From assembly GCA_050010115.1 (NCBI GenBank), contig JBEKLQ010000005.1:13895-77894 (forward strand): a DNA stretch of 64,000 nt. Reading direction: 5' to 3'. Each line of letters starts with the position of its first letter. The first letter of the stretch is position 1. A program made the position numbers and the translations under genes. The DNA comes from Acidimicrobiales bacterium. GTDB taxonomy: Bacteria > Actinomycetota > Acidimicrobiia > Acidimicrobiales > Bog-793. Below the pieces are notes generated by a model. That model did not search any database. It saw only the letters and a program-made list of their open reading frames with translations, and had not been told where the DNA came from. Shown piece after piece: positions 1 through 8,811 of the stretch.

Positions 1-36
1 TCCGAGGTTGCCGATCATGGAGTTGAAGAGCCCGCT

Positions 37-822
37 GTGCTCTCGGACTGGGACCGAGCTCTGGCGCTCTCCAGGGGGCCCGAAAAGCTGCCGCGCCGTG
101 CCATCACCTGGCTCCTCGTTGTGTGCGCCGTCCTGGGTCTCGGCGGCGTGATCGGCGACCACTTCTTCGATGGAGGGCTCGGTGCCTCGGCAACGCCCCC
201 AGCGACGACGAGTGGGAACCAGTCTCCTCAGGACCAGCTGCACGGGCCACTGGCGGCGATGATGGGGCTCAAGACTCTCAGTCCCCGGGCAGCGCCTGGG
301 TTCACCCTCACGGCGTTGGACAGCAGGAAGATATCGCTGGCATCGTTTCGTGGTGATGTCGTCGTGCTGTCGTTCTTCGACTCTCGCTGCGACGACATCT
401 GCCCCGTTCTCACCGGCGAGCTGTCACTCGCAGTCAAAGATCTCGGACGGAGCGCGTCCAGGGTCGTGCTCGTAACTGTCAACACCGACCCGCTCGCGAC
501 CTCGACAGCTTCGGTCAGCCCTCTTGTGCGCCGGGTTGCCGGGTCACAACCGCGCTGGCATTTCCTCACCGGGACCATCCAGCAGCTGAACCGCGTGTGG
601 AGCGCCTACGGCGTGACGATCGACGTCCAGAGGAGCTCGAGTCTCGTGGCCCATAACGACGTGCTGTATTTCATCGACCCAGAGGGCCGGCTACGCCTCG
701 TGGCCGTGCCGTTCGCAGACGAGACCGTGCACCGCCGTTACAGCCTTCCAGCGGCGCTGGAGAGCCGTTGGGCGTCCGGAATCGCCGCAGAGGCACGTTC
801 CCTTCTCGGAGCGCGCTCGTGA
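37..822 (+). CDS. SCO1/SenC-family thioredoxin-fold copper chaperone, membrane anchored
   Basis: 261-aa ORF. It has an N-terminal TM segment (AITWLLVVCAVLGLGGVIG), a CxxxC motif in FFDSRCDDICP and a conserved His in VAHNDVLYFIDPEG. It lies next to the cytochrome oxidase cluster. The frame is open back to base 1, so the start is uncertain. Confidence 0.8.
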   Translation: MLSDWDRALALSRGPEKLPRRAITWLLVVCAVLGLGGVIGDHFFDGGLGASATPPATTSGNQSPQDQLHGPLAAMMGLKTLSPRAAPGFTLTALDSRKISLASFRGDVVVLSFFDSRCDDICPVLTGELSLAVKDLGRSASRVVLVTVNTDPLATSTASVSPLVRRVAGSQPRWHFLTGTIQQLNRVWSAYGVTIDVQRSSSLVAHNDVLYFIDPEGRLRLVAVPFADETVHRRYSLPAALESRWASGIAAEARSLLGARS

Positions 823-1538
823 CGCAGCCGGCCAAAGGGGTCGAGGGCTTGAACGGTGCCGCTGGTAGGTCGCCTGTTGCCAGCCCGCGTGGTGCGGCCG
901 GCGCCCCGCCGCGGCTATCTGGGACCGGGAGCGACGGAACATTACCGCCAGGCCCCTGGTACAAGCGCCGTACGTTCATCGTTGGGGCCGTGGTCGTCGC
1001 CGTGCTCGCCGTCACCGTGGTCACCGACCTTCCCCAGCACGCCTCTCGCGGAATCCAGATCTCGACTGACACGACCGTGATGCAGCAGGTGAACCAGTAC
1101 CTCAGCCCGTGCGCGTACGCCGTCAACGAGACGTTCACGATCTTCCAGGAGCACACCGATCACCAGTTGACTGCAAGTGACGAGGCGACTGCACCCGGGC
1201 TCTTGCGCGACGACCAGGTGGCTTGTTCGTTGACCGACGAGTCCATGGACAATTTGGGGAACGTCGAGGTGCCGGGATCGGCGGCGGGAAAACAGCTCCA
1301 GCAGCTCGTGGGCACGGTGACGCTCTGGGCGACCTCTGACGCCCTGGCTGCGATCGAGGCGATTCAGACCCTCTGGACGGACCCGTCGAACGCGTCGGCG
1401 CGACAGCAGCTGAGCAAGGCGGAGCGGACACTCACGTCTGACCGGAAAGCGGCGCTGGCCAACCTCGCCACAGCAGATCACGTGCTCGACGCCCGTCTTC
1501 CCGTGCTGAAGATGCCCCAGCTGCCCACGCCGTCGTAA
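819..1538 (+). CDS. hypothetical single-pass membrane protein
   Basis: The ORF frame runs 768..1538. The GTG at 819 overlaps the SCO stop (GTGA), suggesting translational coupling. One TM segment (FIVGAVVVAVLAVTVVT) is followed by a soluble domain. No recognisable motif. Confidence 0.5.
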   Translation: MTQPAKGVEGLNGAAGRSPVASPRGAAGAPPRLSGTGSDGTLPPGPWYKRRTFIVGAVVVAVLAVTVVTDLPQHASRGIQISTDTTVMQQVNQYLSPCAYAVNETFTIFQEHTDHQLTASDEATAPGLLRDDQVACSLTDESMDNLGNVEVPGSAAGKQLQQLVGTVTLWATSDALAAIEAIQTLWTDPSNASARQQLSKAERTLTSDRKAALANLATADHVLDARLPVLKMPQLPTPS

Positions 1539-1562
1539 AGCGCCGGGACCAGGGTCCTGCCG

Positions 1563-2381
1563 CTACAGACCCTGGCCTTGACGATCCTCGCTCCGGAGCC
1601 AATCCGTGAGGTTGGAGAACACCACAGGGATGAACGCGCAGGCTGCGACCAACCACATCACCCAGGTTGTGACCTGTTGGTCGGCCGCCGGGCTGAGGGC
1701 ACGCCCCACTGGGTGCACGTAGGCGCGATACCAGCTGGAGTGAGCAAGGCCGACCATGTAGGCGAGGATCCACACGATCCACATGCTGACAGCCGCGAGT
1801 GCCATGCGCATGGGACGGCTGGCCCGCGGCGAGAGCGGCCCCGACGGCACGAGTTCGAGCCATACGCCGACGCCGGCGGGGATCAAGGTGACCGCCTCGA
1901 TCAGGACAAGCCATTGGTTGCCGGCAAGGCGGTTCACCGCCGCGGGCGTACGCCAGGCGATCTCGAGAACGATGGCGACACCCGCGACGAGCCCGACCCG
2001 CACGAGCTCGCTCGGCCCACGTCCGGGTGGCCGTGCAGACCGGGGGCTCCGAGCGTAGCCCAGGAGGCTCTGCTGGTCACTCCACTGGCGTCGCCGCTCT
2101 GCGAGCCGGTCAGCGAACCCACGGAGGCCGATGATCTGCCACGGTGCGGCGAGAACGACGAGCGCCGGCACGACGATCGCGATGAGTGAGAACTGCAATG
2201 CTTCGACCCAGGCGTAGCGTTGCGCGCCGTCGGCGAGCGGCGGGACCAGCGCCGCGACGAGCACAACCAGAGCGAGGGCGGCCAGAGCCTGGCGACGGCC
2301 GCGGGGACGCGCCGCAATTGCCGGGCCCGGTTGGGCCGGCCGGGTTCCATCAGTTGCCACAGGGCTCGGCGTGGTCAGCAC
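1563..2381 (-). CDS. polytopic membrane protein, CtaG-like cytochrome c oxidase assembly factor (by context)
   Basis: 272-aa multi-TM ORF at the distal end of the ctaC-ctaD-ctaE gene string. The assignment rests on position and topology, not on a diagnostic motif. Confidence 0.45.
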   Translation of the reverse strand: MLTTPSPVATDGTRPAQPGPAIAARPRGRRQALAALALVVLVAALVPPLADGAQRYAWVEALQFSLIAIVVPALVVLAAPWQIIGLRGFADRLAERRRQWSDQQSLLGYARSPRSARPPGRGPSELVRVGLVAGVAIVLEIAWRTPAAVNRLAGNQWLVLIEAVTLIPAGVGVWLELVPSGPLSPRASRPMRMALAAVSMWIVWILAYMVGLAHSSWYRAYVHPVGRALSPAADQQVTTWVMWLVAACAFIPVVFSNLTDWLRSEDRQGQGL

Positions 2382-2415
2382 GCCCTTGGTCGGAGCGAGC
2401 CGGCGAGCGACCGGC

Positions 2416-2526
2416 TCATCGTGCGGGCCGGCGGAAGAAGAACGCCACTACCAGCGCCGCGATGAACGTGCCCAGCGGAATCAGCAGCGTCAACGCCTGC
2501 GTCCCGAAGTCGGAACTGCCTGTCAC
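2416..2526 (-). CDS. 36-aa single-TM micro-protein in the oxidase operon (below the ORF-track cutoff)
   Basis: Read by hand: GTG at 2526, preceded by GAGGGAGGCGG. Product VTGSSDFGTQALTLLIPLGTFIAALVVAFFFRRPAR, stop at 2416. It starts 13 nt after the ctaE stop. Confidence 0.35.
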   Translation of the reverse strand: MTGSSDFGTQALTLLIPLGTFIAALVVAFFFRRPAR

Positions 2527-2538
2527 GACCCGCCTCCC

Positions 2539-3231
2539 TCAGATGACGTAGAACAACACCCAGAAGAACACTGCCACGGCAGCGACAAACACCCAGAACA
2601 CCTGGGACGCCTCGACATTTGCCCGGAACAGCCGGGCGACCGGGAGTTTCGAGGCTGTCAGACCACCGTCTTCGGCGAAATCGGCACGGGACCGGAGCAC
2701 ACGAACGACGAGAGTCTCCGACCAATACACCGAACCCACCAGCATCGCGATATTCAGACTCGCCCATCCGATGAAGCACGAAGCGTACCCGCTGCTCCCC
2801 GGGGAGAAGGGGAGCTGAGTCAGCTGCCAGATCTGAAGACCGGTCGCAATGAGGCCCAACAGCACCGTCACCCAGCCTGCGACCTGCCAGTCCAGCAGCT
2901 CACCACGACGAAAGCGCCGGAGTCCCAGGATGACCAATCCGGCGGCGGCAAGAGTGAATGCCATGATCGCCGCTCCGGCACCTGTCGGTGCAGTCACCCG
3001 GTGCGGTCGCCACAGCTCGTCGTTGTTGCCCGAGCGGAGGTAGAAGTAGGCAAAGGCAAGCGAGGCAAACGCGAACACGGCGATGCCCATGAGGAGGCGG
3101 ATACCGGTCCAGATCGAGCCCTCCTGCGCTCGGAGCTCGTACTCCAGCTCCTCCGGCGTGCTGTTCGTGCCGCCCGCCGTCGCCGCCAGCGTCGTGGTCT
3201 GCTCGGTCGCGCTTGTGGTCTGGTCGCTCAT
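2539..3231 (-). CDS. ctaE: cytochrome c oxidase subunit III
   Basis: 230-aa ORF, five to seven TM segments, immediately downstream of ctaD. The sequence is typical of heme-copper oxidase subunit III (WTGIRLLMGIAVFAFASLAFAYFYLRS ... FWVFVAAVAVFFWVLFYV). Confidence 0.8.
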   Translation of the reverse strand: MSDQTTSATEQTTTLAATAGGTNSTPEELEYELRAQEGSIWTGIRLLMGIAVFAFASLAFAYFYLRSGNNDELWRPHRVTAPTGAGAAIMAFTLAAAGLVILGLRRFRRGELLDWQVAGWVTVLLGLIATGLQIWQLTQLPFSPGSSGYASCFIGWASLNIAMLVGSVYWSETLVVRVLRSRADFAEDGGLTASKLPVARLFRANVEASQVFWVFVAAVAVFFWVLFYVI

Positions 3232-3247
3232 GATCTCTCCGGCCCTC

Positions 3248-5218
3248 TCACGCCATCTGTGGTTGCGGACCGAGATCCTCGGTGCCCGGCAAAGTCTTGG
3301 TGACCAGCCCGCCCTCGCGCCCGGTCACGCCAAGGTCGGCGACCGGTACGGCATCGCTCTCGCCGTAGTGGTATGGGTCGTTCAGCACGATGGGGATCCG
3401 ATCGAAGTTGTCCGGCGGTACTGGCGTCGCCGTCTGCCACTCCAGTCCCAGCGAGTCCCACGGGTTGGCGGGGGCGGGGGCCGGGTTGATGATGATGCTC
3501 CAGGCGAAGTTGACGACGAAGATGAGGAACGAAGCGCCGAGAAGGTACGCGCAGACCGACGAGAAGTCGTTCCAAGGCTGCAGGTTGTGCGCGTACTCGA
3601 ACACGCGGCGGGGCTGGCCGAGCAACCCGACGATGAACAGCGGGAAGAACGTCAGGTTGAAGAACACGAACATCGTCCAGAAGTGGATGCGCCCCAACCG
3701 GTCGTCCATCTTGTGACCGGTGAGCTTCGGAACCCAGAAGTAGATACCGGCGAACAACGCGAAGATCAGTCCACCCATGATCGTGTAGTGGAAGTGGGCC
3801 ATGACGAAGAAGCTGCCGTGCACCGTGACGTCCACGGGTACGTCGGAGAGGAAGACGCCGGTGACACCGCCGATCAGGAAGTTGAAGATCATCCCGATAC
3901 AGAACAGCATCGGCACTTCGAACCGGATCTTCGCCTTGTAGAGCGAGCCCATCACGACGAGGAAGATGAACCCGGTCGGGATCGAGATCAGCTCGGTCGT
4001 CAGCATGAACAGCGGCCGCATGTCGGGGTTGATGCCGCTTTGGAACAGGTGGTGCTGCCAGACGAAGAACGACAGCAGGGCCACACCGATCATCCCCGCA
4101 GCGGCCACGCGGTACGCGAACAAGGGCTTGCGGGTGAACACCGGGATGATCTCGCCGACGATGCCGAAGCCCGGCAGCGCCATGATGTACACCTCCGGAT
4201 GGCCGAAGAACCAGAACAGGTTCTCCCAGAGGAACGAGCTCCCGCCGTGCTCGGTTACGTAGAACGCCGTCTGGGCGGTGCGGTCGAGAATGCCGAACAG
4301 GCCGGCGACGACGAGGGTCGGCGTTGCGAGAGTGAGCAATGCAGAGGTTCCGAGGATCGACCAGACGAAGATCGGAATGCGGCTCCAGCTCATTCCCGGC
4401 GCCCGGTAGTGGATGATCGTCACCATCAGGTTGAACCCGGCCAGGATCATGCCGAGGCCGATCACGGCGAAGCCGCATAAGTACGAATCCATGCCTCCAG
4501 CCGACTGCGTCTGGAGGGGGGCGTAACCGGTCCAGCCGGTCTGGAAACCGCCGAGTGGCAAGGCAGTGAGGATGACGAAGTAACCCACCGTGAACAACCA
4601 CAGCGACGTCGCCTCCACCCGCGGGAAAGCGGTGCGCCGGCTGCCGATCATCAGCGGTACGAAGTAGTTCCCGAGTGGTCCGACGACCACCGACGACGCC
4701 ATCATCATCATGATCGTGCCGTGCTCACCCACGATGGCGATGTAGACACCAGGTCCGAAGACGTGGTTGATGGGGGTGAGCAGCTCGGTGCGGATCGCCA
4801 TCGCCAGGAGGCCACCGGTGAAGAAGAAGGTGAAGACGGCGACCAGGTACTGCATCCCCACGACCTTGTGATCCGTCGTGAAACGCAGATAACGGACCCA
4901 ATGGGTCGTATTCGACTCGACGGGCGGCTCGCGTCCGATCAGCTTCGCCAGCGGGTAGTTGAGCGCTCCGATACCGAGGAGCCAGCCGAAGACCGCGAAG
5001 GAGAGCCCGAGGACGATGGCGATGTCGTTCTGCCCGTTGTACTGGATCGTGGTGTGGGAGGACCCGATGAGGTTGCCCGCCCAGTGGCCGAGGAGGTAAC
5101 CCAGCACCATTCCCACCAGAGCCGTCAGGACGTTCTGCCCGAGCCACCAGGGGCGGGGTGATCCAGCGGTTGGTTGGGCTTCTTCCGGCGGTGTCGGTCT
5201 GGTCGCTATTGCGGTCAC
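3248..5218 (-). CDS. ctaD: cytochrome c oxidase subunit I
   Basis: 656-aa ORF with hallmark motifs WFFGHPEVYIMALPGFG and HFHYTIMGG, and 12 or more TM segments. Confidence 0.95.
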   Translation of the reverse strand: MTAIATRPTPPEEAQPTAGSPRPWWLGQNVLTALVGMVLGYLLGHWAGNLIGSSHTTIQYNGQNDIAIVLGLSFAVFGWLLGIGALNYPLAKLIGREPPVESNTTHWVRYLRFTTDHKVVGMQYLVAVFTFFFTGGLLAMAIRTELLTPINHVFGPGVYIAIVGEHGTIMMMMASSVVVGPLGNYFVPLMIGSRRTAFPRVEATSLWLFTVGYFVILTALPLGGFQTGWTGYAPLQTQSAGGMDSYLCGFAVIGLGMILAGFNLMVTIIHYRAPGMSWSRIPIFVWSILGTSALLTLATPTLVVAGLFGILDRTAQTAFYVTEHGGSSFLWENLFWFFGHPEVYIMALPGFGIVGEIIPVFTRKPLFAYRVAAAGMIGVALLSFFVWQHHLFQSGINPDMRPLFMLTTELISIPTGFIFLVVMGSLYKAKIRFEVPMLFCIGMIFNFLIGGVTGVFLSDVPVDVTVHGSFFVMAHFHYTIMGGLIFALFAGIYFWVPKLTGHKMDDRLGRIHFWTMFVFFNLTFFPLFIVGLLGQPRRVFEYAHNLQPWNDFSSVCAYLLGASFLIFVVNFAWSIIINPAPAPANPWDSLGLEWQTATPVPPDNFDRIPIVLNDPYHYGESDAVPVADLGVTGREGGLVTKTLPGTEDLGPQPQMA

Positions 5219-5219
5219 G

Positions 5220-6149
5220 TCAGATCTTCACCTTCTGCGCTCCGTAGACCTCCACATTGCTGTAGGGGTCGACTGTGTCGGGGTAGTAACCACCGTCTGA
5301 ACCGTTGGCATCCGGCGTGTAGCTCCAGGCGAACGGGGGGAGGAACTTCGTGTTCCTCGCCAGCTGCGCCTTGGTCGTGTCCGCCCAGGTCTCGAAGGCC
5401 GACTTGGGGAGCACTACGCCGTCGTTGTACATCGCACCGTGCCACAGACCACAGAGCTCGTCACATCGCACGGTGAACGACCCGAGCTGCTGAGTCGTCG
5501 TGAAGGCGACGTTGTCCTGTCCAGGGTTGGCGTCAGCCTTCACTCCAAGCTGGTAGGCCCAGAAGTCGTGGATGACGTCCAGGGAAGTGACATGGAACGC
5601 CACGTTCGTGTCAGCGGGCAGCACGAGCTGAGTCGTCTCCATGCCGCCGAACGAGGGGTAACGGTAGGTGAACTTCCATTGCTGGGCGATGACTTGCACG
5701 ACCAGGGTGTTGTGCGAGGTGGGCGTCCAGATCGGAGTCGGCCCCTCGCCACCGCCGGCGCCGGCGGGCACGATCAGCTGCACCGTGCCGAATACGAACA
5801 GCCCGAGCACGATGACGGTCGTGCCGCCGATCCAGGCGATCTGGGTGGGGAGATGCCCGCGTGAGTTGGGACCGACGACGGGGTCGGGTCCGCCGCGGCT
5901 GGCGCGCCACGTCGACAGCGCGTAGCCGAGGTAGACCCACACCGCGATCATGACCGGAAGGGCGACGACAATCAGAACGTTGAAGTCGAATTGGGCGCCC
6001 CCGGCCGTGCTGGTCATCTTGCCCGGAGGTACGTGCGGGCCGACGAGGAAGTAGTAGAGCAGGTCGACGATCAAGGCCAGGACGACCCAGATGACGAACA
6101 TCCGCCGGAAGTGGTGCTCCTCGGCCGGGGGTTTCGGTGAGTCGGCCAT
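5220..6149 (-). CDS. ctaC: cytochrome c oxidase subunit II (CuA)
   Basis: 309-aa ORF with two N-terminal TM segments and a cupredoxin domain. It carries the full CuA loop CDELCGLWHGAM and the upstream His (FHVTSLDVIHDFW). No cytochrome c CxxCH motif is present. Confidence 0.9.
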   Translation of the reverse strand: MADSPKPPAEEHHFRRMFVIWVVLALIVDLLYYFLVGPHVPPGKMTSTAGGAQFDFNVLIVVALPVMIAVWVYLGYALSTWRASRGGPDPVVGPNSRGHLPTQIAWIGGTTVIVLGLFVFGTVQLIVPAGAGGGEGPTPIWTPTSHNTLVVQVIAQQWKFTYRYPSFGGMETTQLVLPADTNVAFHVTSLDVIHDFWAYQLGVKADANPGQDNVAFTTTQQLGSFTVRCDELCGLWHGAMYNDGVVLPKSAFETWADTTKAQLARNTKFLPPFAWSYTPDANGSDGGYYPDTVDPYSNVEVYGAQKVKI

Positions 6150-6824
6150 CTATGCCACGACCTTCAAGAAACCATCCATGTAGGCGACCGACTGCATCGG
6201 GCCTCCGTTGCCATAGAGATAACCGAGGCCGCAGGGCACGAAGCACTGCCAGGGGTACTGACCCGGACCGGGGGTGACGAACGAGAACGTGATCACGTTG
6301 TGGGGCGAGCTCGTGGTGCACGGGGCGACCGAGCAGAGGTTCAGGTTGCCGTTGACGCCGTAGAGCGGGACGTTGATCCCAAGGGTCGGGATCGAGAACG
6401 TGTGGGCGACCCCGTAGCCGGCATTCGAGTTGATGACGTGCTTCGGGTGCCCGTTGATCACCTCGACGTTGCCGATCGTCCCGGTGATCTGGCCGACCTG
6501 CTGGTTACGAAGTGGGCTTCCCGAGTCGTACTCGTCGATCGTCACGTTGATCCGTGTGTGGGCGGGCAGGTCCCACAACGTCGTGTGCACCCACTGGCCG
6601 TCGGGGGCCTGGGCGAGATACGAGACCCAGGTGGGATGGTCTCCGAAGCCGATCGACCCCACGGTCTGCAGCGTCAGGTTCACAGGCTGCCCAGCCGGAT
6701 GACCTGTGGCGTAGTCGACCGTCGGCGGGCTGCTGCGCAGGAACGCCATCGTCGTGAAGATCGCGAGACCGATCGCGACGGCTGCGATCGTCACGACGAT
6801 GCTAAGACGCGCGGACTTGCTCAT
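6150..6824 (-). CDS. membrane-anchored cupredoxin-like protein with a degenerate CuA-like CxxxCG loop
   Basis: 224-aa ORF with an N-terminal TM segment (LSIVVTIAAVAIGLAIFTTMAF) and a beta-rich domain containing HTFSIP and QCFVPCGLGYLYGNGGPM. Its TAG stop (6150-6152) directly abuts the ctaC ATG (6147-6149). Confidence 0.5.
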   Translation of the reverse strand: MSKSARLSIVVTIAAVAIGLAIFTTMAFLRSSPPTVDYATGHPAGQPVNLTLQTVGSIGFGDHPTWVSYLAQAPDGQWVHTTLWDLPAHTRINVTIDEYDSGSPLRNQQVGQITGTIGNVEVINGHPKHVINSNAGYGVAHTFSIPTLGINVPLYGVNGNLNLCSVAPCTTSSPHNVITFSFVTPGPGQYPWQCFVPCGLGYLYGNGGPMQSVAYMDGFLKVVA

Positions 6825-7038
6825 GTATCCCCCCTTCCGCTAACGACGGCCGACGACAGCTCCCGACCCTGTCCAACCCTCAAACGAGTTCATCCAACCG
6901 CCGTTCGGCAATCTAAAGGGCCTCTGAGGCCACGTCAAGGACACTTGCGACGCGCCCTGTCAGCCAGGTGTTTTGTGGCGACCGACGCGCTCTGACGAGG
7001 TACGCGGGGATGAGACACCCCCGGAGTACCCTCGTGCC

Positions 7039-8523
7039 ATGGGCTCGTCCCGGGCATCCGAAGCGCTGCAGTTCGACTTCTCGCGCCCACCTGGCAGCGA
7101 CGAGACCGATGCCGCCGACCCCGGCACCAAGGCCGAGGCAGCCCCGCAGGTCGCCTCATCCGGCCCATCCGCCAGGCTCGTCGAGAGCGCACCGGGCGCG
7201 AGCGCGGACGAGGCGCTCACGGTCGCCGAGTTCTACGACCGCGTGAAATACGCCGTCAGAACCGAGTTCCCCTCCGACGTGTGGGTCACCGGGGAGATCC
7301 GGAAGGTCACGGTCTCCAAGGGCAATCGCTACCTCGAGCTGGCTGATCACGACGGGCCGACAAGCCGTGCGGGCGCGGCGATGCTGGAGGTGGCGTGCTG
7401 GTCGCGCGACTGGCCGCTCATCGGGGCCGAGCTGCAGGCGGTGAGCCTCGAGCTGACTGCCGGCCTCGTCGTCAGGATCCGTGGGCGGGTGTCGGTCTGG
7501 GAGGGCGGCGCCAAGCTGCGCTTCTCGATGACGGCCCTCGACGTGGCGGCGCTGCTCGGTGGTATCGCGGCAGCGCGGCGCAGGTTGCTGGTCGCACTCG
7601 AGCAGGAGGGTCTGCTCGACGCCAACCGCCGCCTTCCGGTACCGATGGTCCCGATGAGGATCGGTATCGTGACGAGCGCCGGATCGGAGGCATACCGGGA
7701 CTTCACCGGCCAGCTCCACCGTTCTGGCTTGGCATTCGACGTCCGCCTCGAAGCATCGCTCGTGCAGGGCTTGGAGGCTCCAGGGCAGATCGCAGCCGCC
7801 ATCGGGCGCCTGCACGGTTTTTGGCCCGACGTGATCGTGGTCGTCCGCGGTGGCGGTGGCAAAGGTGACCTTGCGGCCTTCGACAGCGAGCACGTCGCCC
7901 GCGCCATCGCCACCTCGCGTTACCCGGTCTGGACTGGCATCGGGCATACCGGAGACGAGTCGGTGGCCGACATCGTGGCCCAGCGCGCCCTCATCACGCC
8001 GACGGCTTGTGGCGAGGCCGTGGTGCTGGCGGTCGCCACGTATCTCAACCAGATCGACGCCCGCGCGGACGCCATCGCCGAGCGGTGCCGGACCGCGTTC
8101 GACAAGCTGGCCAGTCGCGTGGACGAGAGCCGGGGCCGGCTTGCCAGAGCCGCCCGCCACGAGCTCGACCAGGCTGGCTCCGCGCTCGAATTGGCGCGCA
8201 ACCGGACCGTGCACAGCGTGCTTGTCGGGACCGAACGCAACCGTGCGACGCTGCATCGCCAGTCGCAGGATCTGTCCCGGGTCGCGCGCCACGCCGTGTC
8301 GGACGCGAGCGAGCGGCTCATCCACCGGCGGGCCGTCCTCGACGCCTTCGACCCGCGGCGCCAGCTGGCCAGAGGCTGGTCCATCACGAAGGGACGTGAC
8401 GGACGGGTCGTGCGATCCGTACGCGATCTCGCCGAAGGCCAACCAATCGTGACAGTCCTCGCGGACGGCAGTGTGAGATCGACCGTGGAGGAAGTGTCGA
8501 GAGCACTCGAGGAGACGACATGA
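7039..8523 (+). CDS. xseA: exodeoxyribonuclease VII large subunit
   Basis: An OB-fold N-terminus (VWVTGEIRKVTVSKGNRYLELAD), a catalytic region (IVVVRGGGGKGDLAAFD) and a long C-terminal coiled coil. Paired with xseB by an ATGA overlap. The ATG at 7039 was chosen within the 6973 ORF. Confidence 0.85.
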   Translation: MGSSRASEALQFDFSRPPGSDETDAADPGTKAEAAPQVASSGPSARLVESAPGASADEALTVAEFYDRVKYAVRTEFPSDVWVTGEIRKVTVSKGNRYLELADHDGPTSRAGAAMLEVACWSRDWPLIGAELQAVSLELTAGLVVRIRGRVSVWEGGAKLRFSMTALDVAALLGGIAAARRRLLVALEQEGLLDANRRLPVPMVPMRIGIVTSAGSEAYRDFTGQLHRSGLAFDVRLEASLVQGLEAPGQIAAAIGRLHGFWPDVIVVVRGGGGKGDLAAFDSEHVARAIATSRYPVWTGIGHTGDESVADIVAQRALITPTACGEAVVLAVATYLNQIDARADAIAERCRTAFDKLASRVDESRGRLARAARHELDQAGSALELARNRTVHSVLVGTERNRATLHRQSQDLSRVARHAVSDASERLIHRRAVLDAFDPRRQLARGWSITKGRDGRVVRSVRDLAEGQPIVTVLADGSVRSTVEEVSRALEETT

Positions 8524-8807
8524 CGACGCAACCAGACGACATCGAAGGTCCCACTCCATCGCTCCGGCCGGTAGGCGAGCTCGGCTACAGCGAAGCCGCC
8601 GCTGAGCTTGACGGCATCATCGCCGAGCTGGACCGGGGTGTGGTCGACGTCGACGTGCTCGAGGTGCGCTTGCGCCGGGCCGTCGAGATCGTGGAGGAGC
8701 TCGACGGCCGGATACGGGGGGCACGCGAGCGGGTGAGCGCCATCCTTCCGCGCCTCGAGATGGCAGGTCGCGGCGAGAGCGACGGGCACGGCCCAGCTAC
8801 GGTGTGA
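8520..8807 (+). CDS. xseB: exodeoxyribonuclease VII small subunit
   Basis: 95-aa helical ORF (YSEAAAELDGIIAELDRG) overlapping the xseA stop by 4 nt. Confidence 0.85.
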   Translation: MTTQPDDIEGPTPSLRPVGELGYSEAAAELDGIIAELDRGVVDVDVLEVRLRRAVEIVEELDGRIRGARERVSAILPRLEMAGRGESDGHGPATV

Positions 8808-8811
8808 CGCT

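Noticed and set aside
3083-4601. Long ORFs 3083..4480 (+, 465 aa) and 3228..4601 (-, 457 aa) overlapping ctaD
   Set aside because: These are off-frame or antisense to an unmistakable ctaD. Their Arg/Pro/Gly/Asp-rich translations are typical of spurious open frames in GC-rich DNA.
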